DNA of 64,000 nt, from NCBI RefSeq assembly GCF_963921235.1, contig NC_086097.1, positions 160,954,001 through 161,018,000 on the forward strand, given 5' to 3'. A model generated the notes under the pieces. It was not told where the DNA came from, ran no database searches, and worked only from the letters and a program-made list of their open reading frames with translations. This stretch comes from Mobula hypostoma. Its lineage: Eukaryota. Below, one piece after another: positions 13,128 to 27,249 of this stretch (within the stretch, counting starts at the first letter, position 1; every line of letters starts with the position of its first letter). Both the position numbers and the translations under genes were made by a program.

Positions 13128-13686
13128 TGTAATTCTCGCTTCGGCTAGTGGCTTAATATAAGGGGTGATAGCCTCTGGCCCAGCTAAACTTAAGGAATCT
13201 CGTTTGGGTGGACGCTGCGTGATGTGTCCCCTGTTACAAATCAGTACCATGAAATAACAAATAGTACACAACATGTGATTAAGCGATTGAGCTTTATAAT
13301 TCTTAATTTGACTATATGGTTGGTAAAGAAAACAAAAAAAGGAAAAGGGCCCATTCTCATGAAACAGTCTATTGCACAATGTTGGAGCTCCCTGATAAGC
13401 CGTCTGTCCACCATCGACCTTCTTCGATCGTCGCTGACCTTTGAACCCTTACTCCAAGCCCACTCCGTCCAGTGGTCTACCAACTCTCTTCATTCTCGGC
13501 TTCTCTCCTCATCTCTACCTGGCAAAAGACCGCAAAACTCTCTCTTCTGGACTCACAAAAAAGAACAAAATTTCTCTCATTGGATAGTCCCCACATTCCA
13601 AAGCACCATTATCTCTAGTCATAACCCAAACATTGCTGCTACAGAGAGGCCACTACATTAGCAGTGAAACCTTACAGCGTGTTACA
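13128..13686 (-). repeat. Gypsy 5' LTR
   Basis: TG...CA ends; followed on the - strand by the PBS. Confidence 0.95.
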
Positions 13687-15169
13687 TACTGTTCTAATTT
13701 CTATGTAAATTTTCTATCATTGAAGAAAGTGGACAATGTATGTTGACTCACAAATTTGGGTTTTTCCAAAAGAATTGACAACAGCAGGGTAGTAGAAGTT
13801 GCTGACACGGACTTTACTGTATGGATATTCGGATATGGCCCAAGTGTGGAGAGAAAGAGACACTGAAGTGGGTCAATAGTGCACAGACAGGATTTTAATG
13901 CAAACAGGATTTTAAAGAAAAGGAAAACAATAAACGCTAGGCCAAACAGGGCCATTAACTAAAACCCTCAAATAAAAAACTAGATGCCAATACTGTGGCC
14001 AAAAGTAATATCTAAATATAAAACGTGAATCACTAGTCTTCAATGTCATTTGACTCGATAGTCCACTTTCTCAGACAAGGCCAAATGCAAGCAGGCAATG
14101 TGTGCTTTGCTCGAGTCTCAACAAGCGCTATGAGGAAAAGAAGGGAGTTAAATACCGCCATAGTGAAATAATAATTAGCTGACACGTGGACATTCATGAG
14201 TGGAATTGCCGAATCTGCTGCGCAGCTGAGTCCGTGGTTGTTACACTTTACTATGTGGGATGTTTGACATTTTCCCACATTAAATGCCAGGGCAGGTTCA
14301 GGGGATTCTGTGGATTTCTTCTGCTCACATTCCTACATAAGCACGATAATGAACAGTAAAATAGCAAGATAAATTTTTGGTAACATCAAAAGTATATAAA
14401 TGATAGTTGTAGCAGGAAATGGAACAGAAAGGCAACTACTGTAAGAAATAAAATACACAGATGAGAGAAAGTGGCACACAAGTCAGGCAGTGTTAAAAGT
14501 AATTTCAGAAGCATCGTGTTCTACGAGCAATTGTAAACTCTCCAGTAATTTTAAAGGAATAGCTACAATAGTGTGGCCATTGAGAACACGTTCTCAAAGG
14601 CTGTAGATGATTAATAAGTAAATTATTTACTGTGCTGAAAACTTGTTAAATGACAGAAGGAAAACAGTGTTGCCTCAGGGATAAACAAGTTAGTTCTGCA
14701 TTCCTTGTTCACACTGTACCTGCGAAGAATTTCTGGCAGTATAATAAATGTTGCTGATGAAGTTAAATGATGTGATCAGACTTCAGTGCACAAGAGAATA
14801 GAGTTATAATCTGAGAGGCTACAAATATTTTATGAATTATACCTCATTAATGTTATGAATGGATGCTTGCTGCTTTTTGACACATTCCTGCTGTAGAGTT
14901 AATATCAAACCTCACATTTGGCAAACTCGGGGATTAAAAATTAATTCTAATGGGACGTTAAATTAGAACCATTCCTGGAATTTCATTTGTTTCTGAGGCT
15001 TGTAATGATTTCTCTGTATTGTCTAAAACCCAAGGAAAGACCAAGTGTTCAAGAGGATTAGGTGGTGGGGGTGGGGGCAGCAGAATTCACAACAATGTTA
15101 ATATATTCATGCTTCAATGGACAGAAAAGAAGATGGTACTTCTCAGCTCTGCCTGTTCCTTCATTGCAG

Positions 15170-15271
15170 AAAGAAGGTCAAACTCCTTTGCATATTGCTG
15201 CCTCGGAAGGAGATGAACTCATGCTGAAGTTCTTCTATCAGTACAAAGCCAATCCAAACATTACAGACAAG
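15170..15271 (+). CDS. trpn1: TRPN1 exon 2 (KEGQTPLHIAASEGDELMLKFFYQYKANPNITDK)
   Basis: CAG/GT, 102 nt, phase 0; NompC-like EGQTPLHIAAxEGDE..LK.FY. Confidence 0.95.
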
Positions 15272-15339
15272 GTACTCTCTTCAGTTCTCATGCGCTGAAG
15301 ATATTTAATTTCTCTTATTTTTATTTTATTGAGATACAG

Positions 15340-15592
15340 CACAGAGTAGGCCTTTCTGGCCCTTTGTTACCACCCAGCAAACCCCCAATTTTTCATGCTA
15401 GCCTAATTAAGAGACAATTTACAAACTTACAATGACCAATTAAGATAGCAAGCGGCAGATCGTTGGACTGTGGGAGGAAACCAGAGCAAGCAAGGGAAAC
15501 CCACACAGTCACGGGCAGAACATACCAACGCCTTAAGGACAGCACAGGAATTGAACCCCGGTCACCTGCCCTGTAAAGCATTGTGCTAACTG
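15340..15592 (-). mobile_element. tRNA-derived V-SINE/HE1-like SINE (other decayed copies at ~16780, 18030, 38950, 40020, 42940, 43960, 55700, 56640)
   Basis: B-box-like GGTTCAATTCC followed by TGTTCT.CCCGTG..TGGGTTTCC..TCTGGTTTCCTCCCACAGTCCAA central domain. Confidence 0.75.
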
Positions 15593-15787
15593 CTGTTGGG
15601 TAGGATATCTATATTAGGCGATGAAAAGATTCCAGCTGGAAACGTGGAAGTTAAGTTTTGGCCCCATTCTAATTGACACGCATGGAGGAGTGGAGCAAGC
15701 CCAGAGGACCATAAACATCAAATTAGGGGAGCTGTGATTCACAATAACCAGTGTAGAGAGTGAGAGAAGTCATGCAAATCTGTAAAG

Positions 15788-16440
15788 TCAGAATCAGGTT
15801 TAATATCTCCGGCATATGTAGTGAAACTTGTTAACTTTGCAGCCACAGTACAATGTAATACATCATAATATATGGAAAACTGTGAATTACATGAGTATAC
15901 ATATATTGTATGACTATCAAATAGTTAAATTAAATAAGTAGTGCAAAAACATAAGTAAAAAATGGAATGAGGTAATGTTCATGCATTCAATGTCTGTTCA
16001 GAAATCAGTTGACAGAGGGAAAGAAGCTGTCCCTGAGTCGCTGAGTGCGTGCTGTCAGGCTTCTTAGACCATAAAACCATAAGACATAGGAGCAGAATTA
16101 GGCCATTCAGCCCATCAAGTCTGCTCCACCATTACATCAGGGCTGATCCCGGATCCCACTCAACCCCATACACCTGCCTTCTCACCATATCTTTTACTGC
16201 CCTGACCGATCAGGAAGTTATCAGCTTCCACCTTAAATATGTCCACGTACTTGGCCCCACCTGTAGTCTGTGGAAGAGCCCTCCATAGATTCACTGCTCT
16301 CTGGCAAAAAAAAATCCTCCTTACCTCTGTTCTAAAGGGTCACCACTCCGTTTTGAGGCAGTGTCCTCTAGTTCTCGATACCCCCATAGGAAACATCCTC
16401 TCCTCATCCACCCTGTCTCGTCTTTTCAACAGTCGGTGGG
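15788..16440 (-). mobile_element. Rex1-like 3' end (15788-16065) abutting a CR1 3' fragment (16066-16440)
   Basis: AGAATCAGGTTTAATATC tail shared with other Rex copies; VDEERMFPMGVSRTRGH CR1 motif. Confidence 0.75.
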
Positions 16441-17479
16441 TATCTCCTTCCTTATGGTAACAATGAGAAAAAAAAAGCACTGGAGATACAATTAGACATT
16501 TGGAGATATTAGAAATCAAAATAAGATTTATGACCTTGCCCACCTGACATTTTATTCTATTTTTGTGGACACCTGAAACAATGCTAACATTTTGCACTGA
16601 TAATGAGACGAAGGTTGCAGGGAACAAATAAATTATGTCAGTAAATACAATCAGAACCTTAACTCATTATCTATGCAAGATGTTAACAGGTACCTATCTC
16701 CTACCACTCAGCCATTTCCTAATCAGCAAACCAATTTGTTTTCAGTTCCATTGGTTTTAGCCAAAATTGATGAGGTACGTATTCAGTGACACTGTGGCAT
16801 AACCTCCCAGTGTCAGCTACATTGGTTCAATCTGAGCCAAAGATACGTTCTTCAGTGGGTAGGTTAGCCACTCTGAATTGTCACTGATGTGTAGGTGAAT
16901 TTGTGGAATCTAAATCAGAATCAAAATCAGATTTATTATCCTGGACAAATGACATGAAAGCTGTTGTTTTGCCACAGGAGTACAGTAGTGCAAAGACATA
17001 AAACTCTATAAATTACAAAAATAACTAAACATTGCAAAAAAAATGAATAATGAGGTAGTGTTCATGGGTTCGTGGACTGTTCATAAATCTGATGGTGGAG
17101 GGGAAGACGCTATTCCTAAATCATTGAGTATGGGTCTTCAAACTCTTGTACCTCTTTGATAGTAGTAATGAGAAGAGGGCATGTCCCAAAGCGTGAGGTT
17201 CTGGAGGGAGTTGATGAGAATGCAGGAAGAATTTTTTTTAAATGAACAGTGTAGGATTAGTGTAAATGAGTGGATAATGGCCAGTGTGCACCTGGTGGGC
17301 CCATTGGCCTGTTTCTGTGTCTATGTCTGTATGTATGCCCATACCTCACAGAAATGATAGGCCTAAAGGCCTCATTGTGATTCTATAGGCTTATGAAATA
17401 ACTTACGGTTAATAGCATTAGATTATACTGATGAATGGTGATTGAATTTGGATTAATCCTGTCTATTTCACTATTACAG

Positions 17480-17581
17480 CTGGACCGGTCACCACTGCAC
17501 GTTGCTGCTGAACGAGGACACACCAATGTGGTTGAAGTATTAACTGAGAAATTTAAATCTAATGTACTGGCCCGAACAAAG
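17480..17581 (+). CDS. trpn1: TRPN1 exon 3 (LDRSPLHVAAERGHTNVVEVLTEKFKSNVLARTK)
   Basis: CAG/GT, 102 nt, phase 0; not in the ORF track; NompC-like KFK...RTK. Confidence 0.95.
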
Positions 17582-18679
17582 GTATTTCCACAACTCAAAC
17601 ATCGATAAGCTTCAACTGTAACTAAGTGAGCAGAATCTACGAAAAGATTAGGTGCCTCGTGTTCTGAACAGGACAAGTAAGATTCTCACAAACATATCTA
17701 AATGGTGGCCAGTGAACTATCAACCAGTCCATCAATCCAATCCGACAAAAACTGTCTGAGCATCAGGAATCAATAATCAAAAACGGCAGGTACTGGAAAT
17801 TGGAAATAAAAACAGGAAGTGTGCGAGTCTCTCAGCAGGTCAGGCAGCATCTATGGAAGAAAATAATGCTTTTGGTTTTGAAAGGCTTTGTCAGAACTCC
17901 AAAATAAAATTGGGATAATAACATTGGATTATATAGACTTTTATGGTGATTTATTGTAATTTGGATCAATGGTACTCCTCCCACTATCCCATAAATTTAT
18001 ATTAAAATTTCCACATATCTTCACAACTCAGAAGAAAGCCATTCAGCCTGTTGAGTGAATGCCAGCTCTCAGCAATCCATTTTCCCTTGATCTTTCCTGT
18101 ATTTCCTCCCCCACCCACCTGCATGCCTTTGGGATGTGGGAGAAAACCCACATGGTCACAGGGAGAATATGTAAACTCCTTTCAGACAGCACCAGAGGTT
18201 GTGATTAAACCTGGGTAGCTGGATCACTGAGACAGTGGCTCAATTGGCTGGGCCACCCACAACATCCTACACAAGCAACTTTGATGTGTGTTGCTTGAAT
18301 TTCCAGCATCTGCAGAATTCCTGTTGTTTGCGTTTAAACATCCTACGCAAGATTATTTTAGGCAAGTTATAGCTGAGTGCAGCAAGAGGCATAGACAAGC
18401 AAAAAAAAAGTGCAATAATTTTGGAAAAAGTTGTAGTAGAAAATAACACGGCCCCTTTTAACTGAAAGATAGTCAGGATTGCCAATATTACCATGTGGTC
18501 ACTAGATGGCAGCAAATGTTTAAGATTGGAGATTCACCCACAGCTCAGGCATTGAACTCCAGTAAACAATCCTGAATGTTCTTCAGGATAGGAAATCTGC
18601 TATTATCCAAATCTACCATCACCTGTATGTGTCTGATGTACCACTGATATGGTTGGTGCTTAATAACCTCCATCATCTC

Positions 18680-20022
18680 CCAGCTATTACCCAGTAGCAT
18701 TCACATCTATGGTGATGAAATGCTTTGAGAGGTTGGTCATGGCTAGAATGAACTCCTGCCTCAGCAAGGACCCGGGCGCACTGCAATTTGGTTATCGCCA
18801 TAATAGGACTACAGCAGACACAATCTCAACGGCTGTTCTCACGGCCTTAGATCACCAGGTCAATACAAACAACCATGTCAGGATGCTGTTCGTTGACTAT
18901 AGCTCAGCGTTTATCACCATTTCTCCCCCAGTCCTGATCAATAAGCTACTGAACCTGGACCTCTGTACCTCCGTATGCAATTGGATCCTCGACTCCCTAA
19001 CCGGAAGACCACAGTCTGTGCGGATTGGTGATAACATATCCTCCTCGCTGACGATCAACACTGGCGCATCCCAGGGGTGCGTGCTTAGCCCACTGCTCTA
19101 CTCTCTATGTACCCATGACTGTGTGGCTAGGCATAGCTCCAATACTATCTATAAGTTTGCTGATGATACAACTTTGTTTGTAGAATCTCAGATAGAGATG
19201 AGTGGGTGTACAGGAGCAAGATATACTAGCTAGTTGAGTGGCGTCACAGCACAAACCTTGCAGTCAACGTTAGTAAGACCAAAAAGCTGATTGTGGACTT
19301 CAGGAAGGGTAAGACGAGGGAACGTGAACCAATCTTCATAGGGGGATCAGAAGTGAAGAGAGTGAGTAGTGTGAAGTTTCTGAGCATCAAGATCTCTGAG
19401 GATCTAACCTGGTCCCAATGCACTGATGCAGCTATAAAAAAGGCAAGACAGTGGATATGTCTCATTAGGAGTTTGAAAAGATTTGGTTTGTCACCTAAAA
19501 CACCCAAAAGCTTCTATAGATGCACCATGGAGAGCATTCTGATAGGCTACCTGGTATTGTGGGACCACTGCACAGGACCGAAAGAAGCTACAGAAAGTTG
19601 TAAAGTTAGTCAGCTTCATCTTGGGTACTAGCCTTTGCGTTATCCTGGACATCTTCAAGGAGCGGTGCCTCAGAAAGGCAGCATCCATTATTAAAAACCC
19701 AGGGCATGCCCTCTTCTCATTGTTACCATCAGGAAGGAGGTACAGAAGTCTGAAGGCACACACTCAGCGATTCAGGAACAACTTCTTCCCCTCTGCCATA
19801 TGATTCCTAAATAGATACAGAACCCAGGAACACTACTTCATTTTTAAAATTTATATTACTTCTGTTTTTGCACTATTTTTAATCTATTTAATGTACACAT
19901 ATATAATTACGGTAACTGGTTCGCTTAATTTTTCTTTTTGTGTTATCATGTATTGCATTGTACTGCTGTAGCTAAGTTAACAAATTTCATGACATATGAC
20001 GGTGATAATAAACTTGATTCTG
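18680..20022 (+). mobile_element. Rex1/Babar-like LINE RT + 3' end
   Basis: MKCFERLV, VRMLFVDYSSAF, QGCVLSPLLYSL, KFADDTT, LLPSGRRYRSL, GATTCT tail. Confidence 0.9.
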
Positions 20023-21899
20023 GTCCATCAGACACACTGAGGGATGCAGGCTTTGCCAGAAATGTCCACATCCTGTAAATGAATAAATGAAATCAATAGT
20101 TTATTTTTTCAGACATGTCTATGGGTCTTCCACTTGAGGGCTAGATTCCACTTAGTTATTATCCTTCCTTATAAAAGAGATATACATTTTGATTCAGTTA
20201 CATAAATCTGCAAGATGCTGACATGTCAGCGTCTGTTGCTCTTGCGAGGGTGGCAAGTGAGCTGCCGGTTTCAACTGCTTCAGTTTTTAGCTCCTGTAAA
20301 TGTCAAGCAAGGTGCTGTGCACGGGGATGGGAGCACTCTGGTCAGTATATCAAAGATATGTTTCAGCATTCACTCTGTTAATCATGTGACCATTAATGTT
20401 GCAAAACTAAATGCCTAAATTTGTGTTTACATAGTGGCTCTAATGAATTTAATTATAGCAGGAACAAATAAAACTGTCATCAGTTTGTTTTAAAAACATT
20501 AAATATAAAGGCATAAGTTCCTTTTCACAAAGATTACATAATAAATGACACGGAAGTGCAAAACACAGCTGACATTGCACCTCTTTGTTGAAAATAATAT
20601 TTGCCAGAAGGTTAAACTTAGAATAGAGCTAGGTTATACCTCACTATTAATTGTATTAACTTCCAAGCTTTAACACCAATGAACCATGCAGCCCAGTGTG
20701 AGCAATGTTTGTTGATTGCAGTATTAATTGTCAGCAATCAGTCTCGCAGCATTTAGCAAAATTGTATGAATCTCTTTAAAAACCCAGTGAGGTCTTGGAA
20801 AGGACAGATTGTACTGTACCTGCCTCTACGCTTTGAATGGGCTCAGTACATTCCATCTGGTTGCTGTTCAATTGGCATGCAGGAGAGTCCAGGAACAAGA
20901 CAATTAGGGACAGGTGCAATAGCAAGAAGGATGAGCCTCAGTGAACCTTGAAAGAAATAAAAGCCCAGGTGTGTTTGTGTACAGCAGAGCCTGCTATTTC
21001 ATCCCGTCGCATCACTCCTTTGCTGCAATAACTTGTCAAAAAACATTCTCTTGCATTGCAAAAGCAACTGTTCTTCAAAACTGCCTCTGATTGGCTGCAG
21101 AGCAGTTAGGGGATTTATGAAGCCACGTAAATATGGATGTTTCCATATAGCAGGAAACACAAGCTAGCCATTCGGCTAGAATAATACCAAAAACAATTAA
21201 AAATAAAATGCGCTTCTGAAACTGAAGCTAATTCATTGGCAGATGATTGTGATGTAGTTAGTTCCTTCCATTATCCACTATAGGGTAACATGTTTAATGA
21301 CATGAAGTTGTACGCTGAAGGGAAAAGGTCCAAGACATTCAGATTCGATTGATGTTGGTATTGTTTGTAGTGAGGGAACCAATATTAATGTGGGGAACAG
21401 CTGATACTGCCCAGTTTCACATTCTCTCTGGAAAGCCAGGCACATGATAAAATACTATCCCGACTGTCAGTTGTATCCTTCAATGTCTGCTACTTTATAG
21501 CCACTGGAAAATGGATAGTGACTAAAGGCAGGCACAATTCCTGTGGAGCACAGAGGATGTGGCACAATGGGAGGGCGGGAAATACATCCTTGCCCTGATC
21601 ATAACAATTTCAGGAAGTTGCAAGGTGCTTGGTGATTACACTGTTGAACTGACACCCTGAGATCCGCACCTGACAGATGGGAGTTCAAATCTCACCTCAA
21701 CAAACATGCTGTTGAAATACAAGCAATTAAATGGACATGGACACAGTGATGATACATTTAGACTCCACTAGTCAATCATGGCTGCAATATCAGGAACACG
21801 TATTAGCATCCAAATATGAGTAACATCAGAGAACCAGACTCTTATGAACTCAGGAGACAGCAGCACATATGAGTGCGAAAATATATTGGAATGCCAATA

Positions 21900-22760
21900 T
21901 GATAAGGGAACAGATTCTTGCACATGTGGAAGGTCAAATGTAAGAGGAAATTATACGTTAAATGTGGAGCATTGGTATACAGAGTGATTTCAAGGCGCAG
22001 GTCCGTTGCTCCATTGGTAGAATAGTAACGAATGGGCATGGAGCAGAAAGACTCAGAAGTCATGTTGAAGCTGTTTTAACATTTGGTTTGCCTGCGTTGG
22101 AAGTATTGTGTGTACTTCTGGTCACCCCATTCTTGGAAGAATGCAAAGGCTTTACAGTGGTTGCAGAAGAGATTCACCAGGACTGAAGAGTACGAGAAGT
22201 TTATTATATAAGATTATTAAGGGATTGGACACGCTAGAGGCAGGAAACATGTTTCTGATGTTGAGGGAGTCCAGAACCAGAGGCCACAGTTTAAGAATAA
22301 GAGGTAGACCATTTAGAACAGAGTTGAGGAAAAACTTTTTCACACAGAGGGTTGTGGTTCTGTGGAATGCTCTGCCTCAGAAGGCAGTGGAGGCCAGTTC
22401 TCTGGATTCTTTCAAGAAAGAGTTAGATAGAGCTCTTAAAGATAGCTGAGTCAAGGGATATGGGGAGAAGGCAGGAAAAGGATACTGATTGTGGATGATC
22501 AGCCACGATCTGGCAGTGCTGGCTCGAAGGGCTGAATGGCCTACTCCTGCACCTATTGTCTATTGTCTAAGTGGCAAACATCTGGAGTATTTCAGTACTC
22601 TCTGGAGCATCAGATGCTGAACAGCAACCTGATAGAAGTTCTGCATATAAAATTAAGAGAGGCATAGATTGTGTAGAAATATCAAATATTAGAGGTTGTA
22701 TCATTAAGGTGAGGGAGGAAAGTTTAAAGGAGACTTACAAGTCAAGTTTTTTTACATAGT
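21900..22760 (+). mobile_element. Old CR1 fragment containing a younger CR1 3' end (~22200-22568)
   Basis: YKIIKGLD..SRTRGHSLRI..FFTQRVV.LWNALP; (TATTGTC)n tail. Confidence 0.8.
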
Positions 22761-22829
22761 ATTATGGTTAAAATACGCATTGTAAGTTGAGGGGTCTATT
22801 CATGCTCTCATCTTCTCTCAGGAAGATGC

Positions 22830-24045
22830 TTTTCATTCTAGAACGAAGGAGGTGTCCTCCTTTTTCAAAGGAAGGAGCTTCATTCCCTCCACCATCAATG
22901 CTGCCCTCAACCACATCTCTTCCATTTCATGCATGTCTGCCCTTACCCCATCCTCCTACTACCCTACCAGGGATAGGGTCCTCTTGTCCTCACATACCAC
23001 TCTGCAAGTCTTCACATCCAGCACATAATTCTGCAAAACTTCTGCCACCTCCAACTGAATCCCGCCAGTAAACACATCTTTCCCTCCTCCCCACTTTCTG
23101 CTTTCCACAGAGATCGCTCCCTACGCGACTCCCTTGTCCATTCGTCCCTCCCCACTTATCCTTGCACATGGAACAAGTGCAACATTTTCCCCTACACCTC
23201 CTCCCTCAGTAACATTCAGGGCCCAAAACAGTCTTTACAGGTAAGGTGAGTCTGTTGGGGTCATATACTGTGTTCGGTGCTCCCGGTGTGGCCGCTTGCA
23301 TATCGGTGAGGCCCAATGTAGATTAGGAGACCGCTTCGCTGAGCACCTACAAGCTGTCTGCCAGAAGAAGTGTGATCTCCCAGTGACCACCCGTTTTAAT
23401 TCCACTTCCCATTCCCATTCCAATATGTCCATCCATGGCCTCCTCCACTGTCGGGATAAGACCACACTTGGGTTGGAGGAACAACAACACCTTATATACC
23501 ATTTGGGTAGCCTCCAACCTGATGGCATGAACATCGATTTCTTAAACTTCCAGTAATGCCCCTCCCCTCTTTCACCATTTCCCATCCTTTTGCCCCTCTC
23601 TCATGTTATCTCCTTGCCCACCCATTGCCTCCCTCTGGTGCTCCTCCCTGCCCCCCTTTTCTTTCTTCCATGGCCTTCTGTCCCTCCAAGTTTCAGCTAT
23701 CACCTGACGTTTCCTTCTCCCCTCCCCCCACCTTTCTTTCTCCAGTCCTGCCAAGGGGTTTCAGCCCAAAACGTTGACCGCACTTTTTTCCATAGATGCA
23801 GCCTGGCCTGCTGAGTTCCTCCAGCATTTTGTGTGTGTTGCTCAGATTTCCAGCATCTGCAGATTTTCTCGTTTTTGGGTCTATTCCTGTGTTATTTTCC
23901 ATGTTCTGTAACAAAACGTAAAGTAAGATCCAGAAAAATGCAGATGCTGGAAACCTGAAGTACACACAGAGAATGCTAGAAATACTTAGTAGCTGTGGAA
24001 AGAAAAACAGTTTATATTTCAGCTCCAAGACCCTCCATCAGAACA
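22830..24045 (+). mobile_element. Penelope-like element 3' half (GIY-YIG remnant + terminus), followed by an inverted terminal copy
   Basis: IYCVRCSRCG.LHIGE..CRLGDRFAEHL..HFN..HSH..EEQ.HLI..LGSLQPDGMNIDF; decayed hammerhead at ~23743-23780. Confidence 0.88.
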
Positions 24046-24781
24046 GTGAAAGAGAGAGAAAAAAAACAAGTTAATTGAAGTAGCAGAGCAAGTGGGTAGA
24101 ATAAAAATAATTTCTTTGATAGGGTGAGACAATTTAATGTGGTGATGAAGTAACAGATAAAGCTTCTTTGTCAACATAAAGTTTTGCTCCAATGGTGAGT
24201 ATGTGGGACATTCCCATCATAAACTATACAAAAAAAAAGAAAAGCTAAGCCAAAATTATTATAGGAAAGGCTAGATCTGCTATAGACAAAAATAAAGAGT
24301 GATGATCTATGGTTGCCGAGTTTTAAATTGACTCCTGTAATATGCCCAGAAAGATGAGATTTTGTTCCTGAAGCTTGAGTTGAACCTTCTTGGAACAGAA
24401 CTGCACATGCTGGTTACAGTAGGAGTGACATGGTGAATTAGAGTGGTAAGAAACAGGAAGCTGAATACCATTCCTTTGGGCTGAGTGCAGGTGCCCTGCA
24501 CACTTAAGCTACCCTATTAATACCATCAACATGGATACAATCAGGCTATATAAGATATAACGACACATGCAAGTGTGACTTATCCTTCTGGGTTTTTCAT
24601 GCCAATTCCAGAAACAATAAGAGCAGTATTGCCATCTGAACTGAAGTCAGCTGATTCTGCAAGCTTGGAATCAGGCTTGTATACCTCACGCCTATACCAG
24701 AGACAGTACTTATTTTTAATGGAAATAAAAACTTAAAGCTATCACTGTTGCATAAACAGATATAATGTGTTTTATCAATAG

Positions 24782-24880
24782 GATGGAAGTACTTTAATGC
24801 ACATCGCCTCACACTGCGGCCACCCTGAAACAGTGCTGGCATTCCTGAAAAAAGGAGTCCCTCTCCACATGCCCAATAAG
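24782..24880 (+). CDS. trpn1: TRPN1 exon 4 (DGSTLMHIASHCGHPETVLAFLKKGVPLHMPNK)
   Basis: TAG/GT, 99 nt, phase 0; DGSTLMHIAS and KKGVxLHMPNK are characteristic NompC motifs. Confidence 0.96.
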
Positions 24881-26626
24881 GTAGCAATCGTCCCTTTTTG
24901 TGCTTTTTGTTTCTTTCACCTTGCGTCTTTGACCACAAGCCAGCCGGGTAGAGCTTAGCTGTACGATGTCTGCACCAGTTTGGCAAGTTTTGTTTCTCTT
25001 GTAGTCATCAATCTGGCTCTCCCAAAGGGGAAGTATTTCTGAGGGGAGAGGCCACAGATCTACGGTTCAGAAGTTCCAGCCAGTACTTCCTCATAGTTCG
25101 GCTCCTCCTGTATCTATTGACATATTGTACCCATGAATTTAACCCAGTTCTCCAGACTCCATCCCGCTAAGTGTACATTTTAAGGAACTAGAAAGAAGGA
25201 ATTTAAGGAATTAATATTTTTCTTTAAAAACATGCATTTCTTTGCCAACTTTTCTCCCTCCATCTCCAAGCTAAAATGCATAGTTCCACAAGTGTTAGCA
25301 GTTCAGCCAGTATTATGGTAATGTCAGGGAAACCATCAGAACTTAACTGGAGCCTGTTGGAGGCTCAGATGAGGAAGATCTCCTGTAACAGTGTCCTGTG
25401 ACTGAGACAGATGGCAAGCATCTTGCTGCATTAGATATGAAACCAGACCCAATTTAAAGACTTTTGACCTTGTTTTCAAATCCCTCCATGGTTTTTCCCT
25501 TCCTCTCTGTAATTCCTTCCCACTCTCTACTTTTTTCAGTGACACACATTCCTCTGATTCTAGTTTCTCACTCATGCATACATTTAATTTACCAGATTTA
25601 GGGCCATGACATTAGCTGCTGAGGCCCGAAGCTTTAGGATTCCCTCCTCTGCTTCTCCATCTCCTTACATCTCTTCCCTTTTTTTATGATACTCCTTTAA
25701 GCATTTGACTGATTTCTTTTCTGCCCATATGTACACCAATGCCTCTCTTAAATGACTCAATGCTTTGGGATATTTTTGCCTCACACCAACCTAATAAAAG
25801 TGTACCTCTTAAGGGTAATTTAAAGCATCCAGAATTGCAATATGGAGATAGTAGCTGTTGTGGGGGTTTTCTTGTTTATTTCCCTCCCCCTTCCGATCTA
25901 ACTATCCCCATTAAACCATGTTCAGGTTGGTAAGCTCTCAGCCTTACACTTGTCTACGTGATATTCAGAAGACCATGAGGCAGAACTGTGACAATGCTTG
26001 TAAATTTTAGTTAATGTGAAATACAATTGTTTTGTGTTTTGCTTAAAAGTACATGGTCGTAAAATCTTTTTCAAAGCATTTATTTCTGTATATTTCCATT
26101 CATGAGAAGTCTTCAGTGCTTGACCATGTGAAGTGACATGGAAAATTATGTTTCAGTTCCCAGAGAATCTGTAATAATGTAACTTGACATCATTATTGTT
26201 CTAAATTTGCCCACTGAAGACTTGTTTTTCTATGTCACTATAATTGCTTTAAGTCTGTTCCATGAAGTATTATAACAGTCTGTATTACTTCTGAAGTAAT
26301 GTACATTGGAATGTATGATTACAAGGAACTTTTTAATATTGAAGAACATAAGAAGTAAAACCACAGGTAAGTCACAAAGCCTCTATCATCTACTGGTCCC
26401 CATATCCCTTAATTTCCCAGTGGTTCAAAAATCCAATAACTTCTGAAGTTTCTATATTCACCATGAAAAACTGTGTAGACTTATTTTTTAAAAATCTAGA
26501 ATAATAAACAGTAAATTTATTTCCTAAGGATCTCCTAGGGAATTTCAGAAATAAGTTAACAAATTCTCGGTGGATTGTATTTCTAGCATATTTTCTCATG
26601 ATATTAAATTTTTTTTCTTCCTCCAG

Positions 26627-26827
26627 TCTGGGGCAGTGTGCCTCCATACTGCAGCAAAGAGAGGGCATGCAACTGTAGTGAAAGTGTTACTCCAGAAGGG
26701 GGCGCATGTTGATGCAAAGACAAAGGATTGCTACACAGCCCTACACATTGCAGTGCAGCACTGTAAGCCTCTGGTGGTGCAGACCTTGCTGGGCTTTGGG
26801 GCTCAGGTTCAGCTCAAAGGAGGCAAG
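26627..26827 (+). CDS. trpn1: TRPN1 exon 5, two ankyrin repeats (SGAVCLHTAAKRGH...YTALHIAV...VVQTLLGFGAQVQLKGGK)
   Basis: CAG/GTAAG, 201 nt, phase 0; TLLGFGA..GGK as in NompC. Confidence 0.96.
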
Positions 26828-27249
26828 GTAAGAAATAGTTATTGTGTGCTGGAGATTACCAATGAAGGCCACGTTAACAAATCTGTGTTTCTGGTCCAAG
26901 TGCAATTGTGTTAAGGAGGTGGTGGTAGTCTAACTCGTAATTACCCTCACTTCACATATCTTGACACAAAATTATTAAAATATGTTGCCTGAAGCTAGTT
27001 TATTTTATTTCATATTACTGCCTAAAGTGAAAGGAGAAGATACTTTCTCTTGTAACCATTCTCATTGCCCCCAGGTGAACTCCGTTCAATAAAGCCAGAC
27101 AGTATGTTGAAAAATTACGTGGTTGCATAGACCTGAACGTAACTCAAGAGTAGACTATGATATGCCATTCAATACCATGTCACATTTTGTACCCATGTTC
27201 AATTCCCATCGTCTTGTGATTCTCTTAACCTCCAAAAATCTATTGATCT

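Larger units (their letters stand above)
6492..13686 (-). mobile_element. Decayed Ty3/Gypsy LTR retrotransposon with PNMA-like gag
   Basis: Two TGTAA...TTACA LTRs, 4-bp TSD TACT (6488-6491/13687-13690); gag LRLFSG..PTPKGEEEYETW, protease IIDTGSQVT, RT DLRSGYYQ/YLDDL, integrase MDFL..DHYTRYA..HSDQG..ERFN; many stops and frameshifts. Confidence 0.96.

Noticed and set aside
15540..15592. B-box-like GGTTCAATTCC as a tRNA gene
   Set aside because: Degenerate tRNA-derived SINE head, no cloverleaf
20950..21170. Repeat-free stretch with ATTGG and CACGT motifs as an internal promoter or enhancer
   Set aside because: Short motifs expected by chance; no conservation or expression data available
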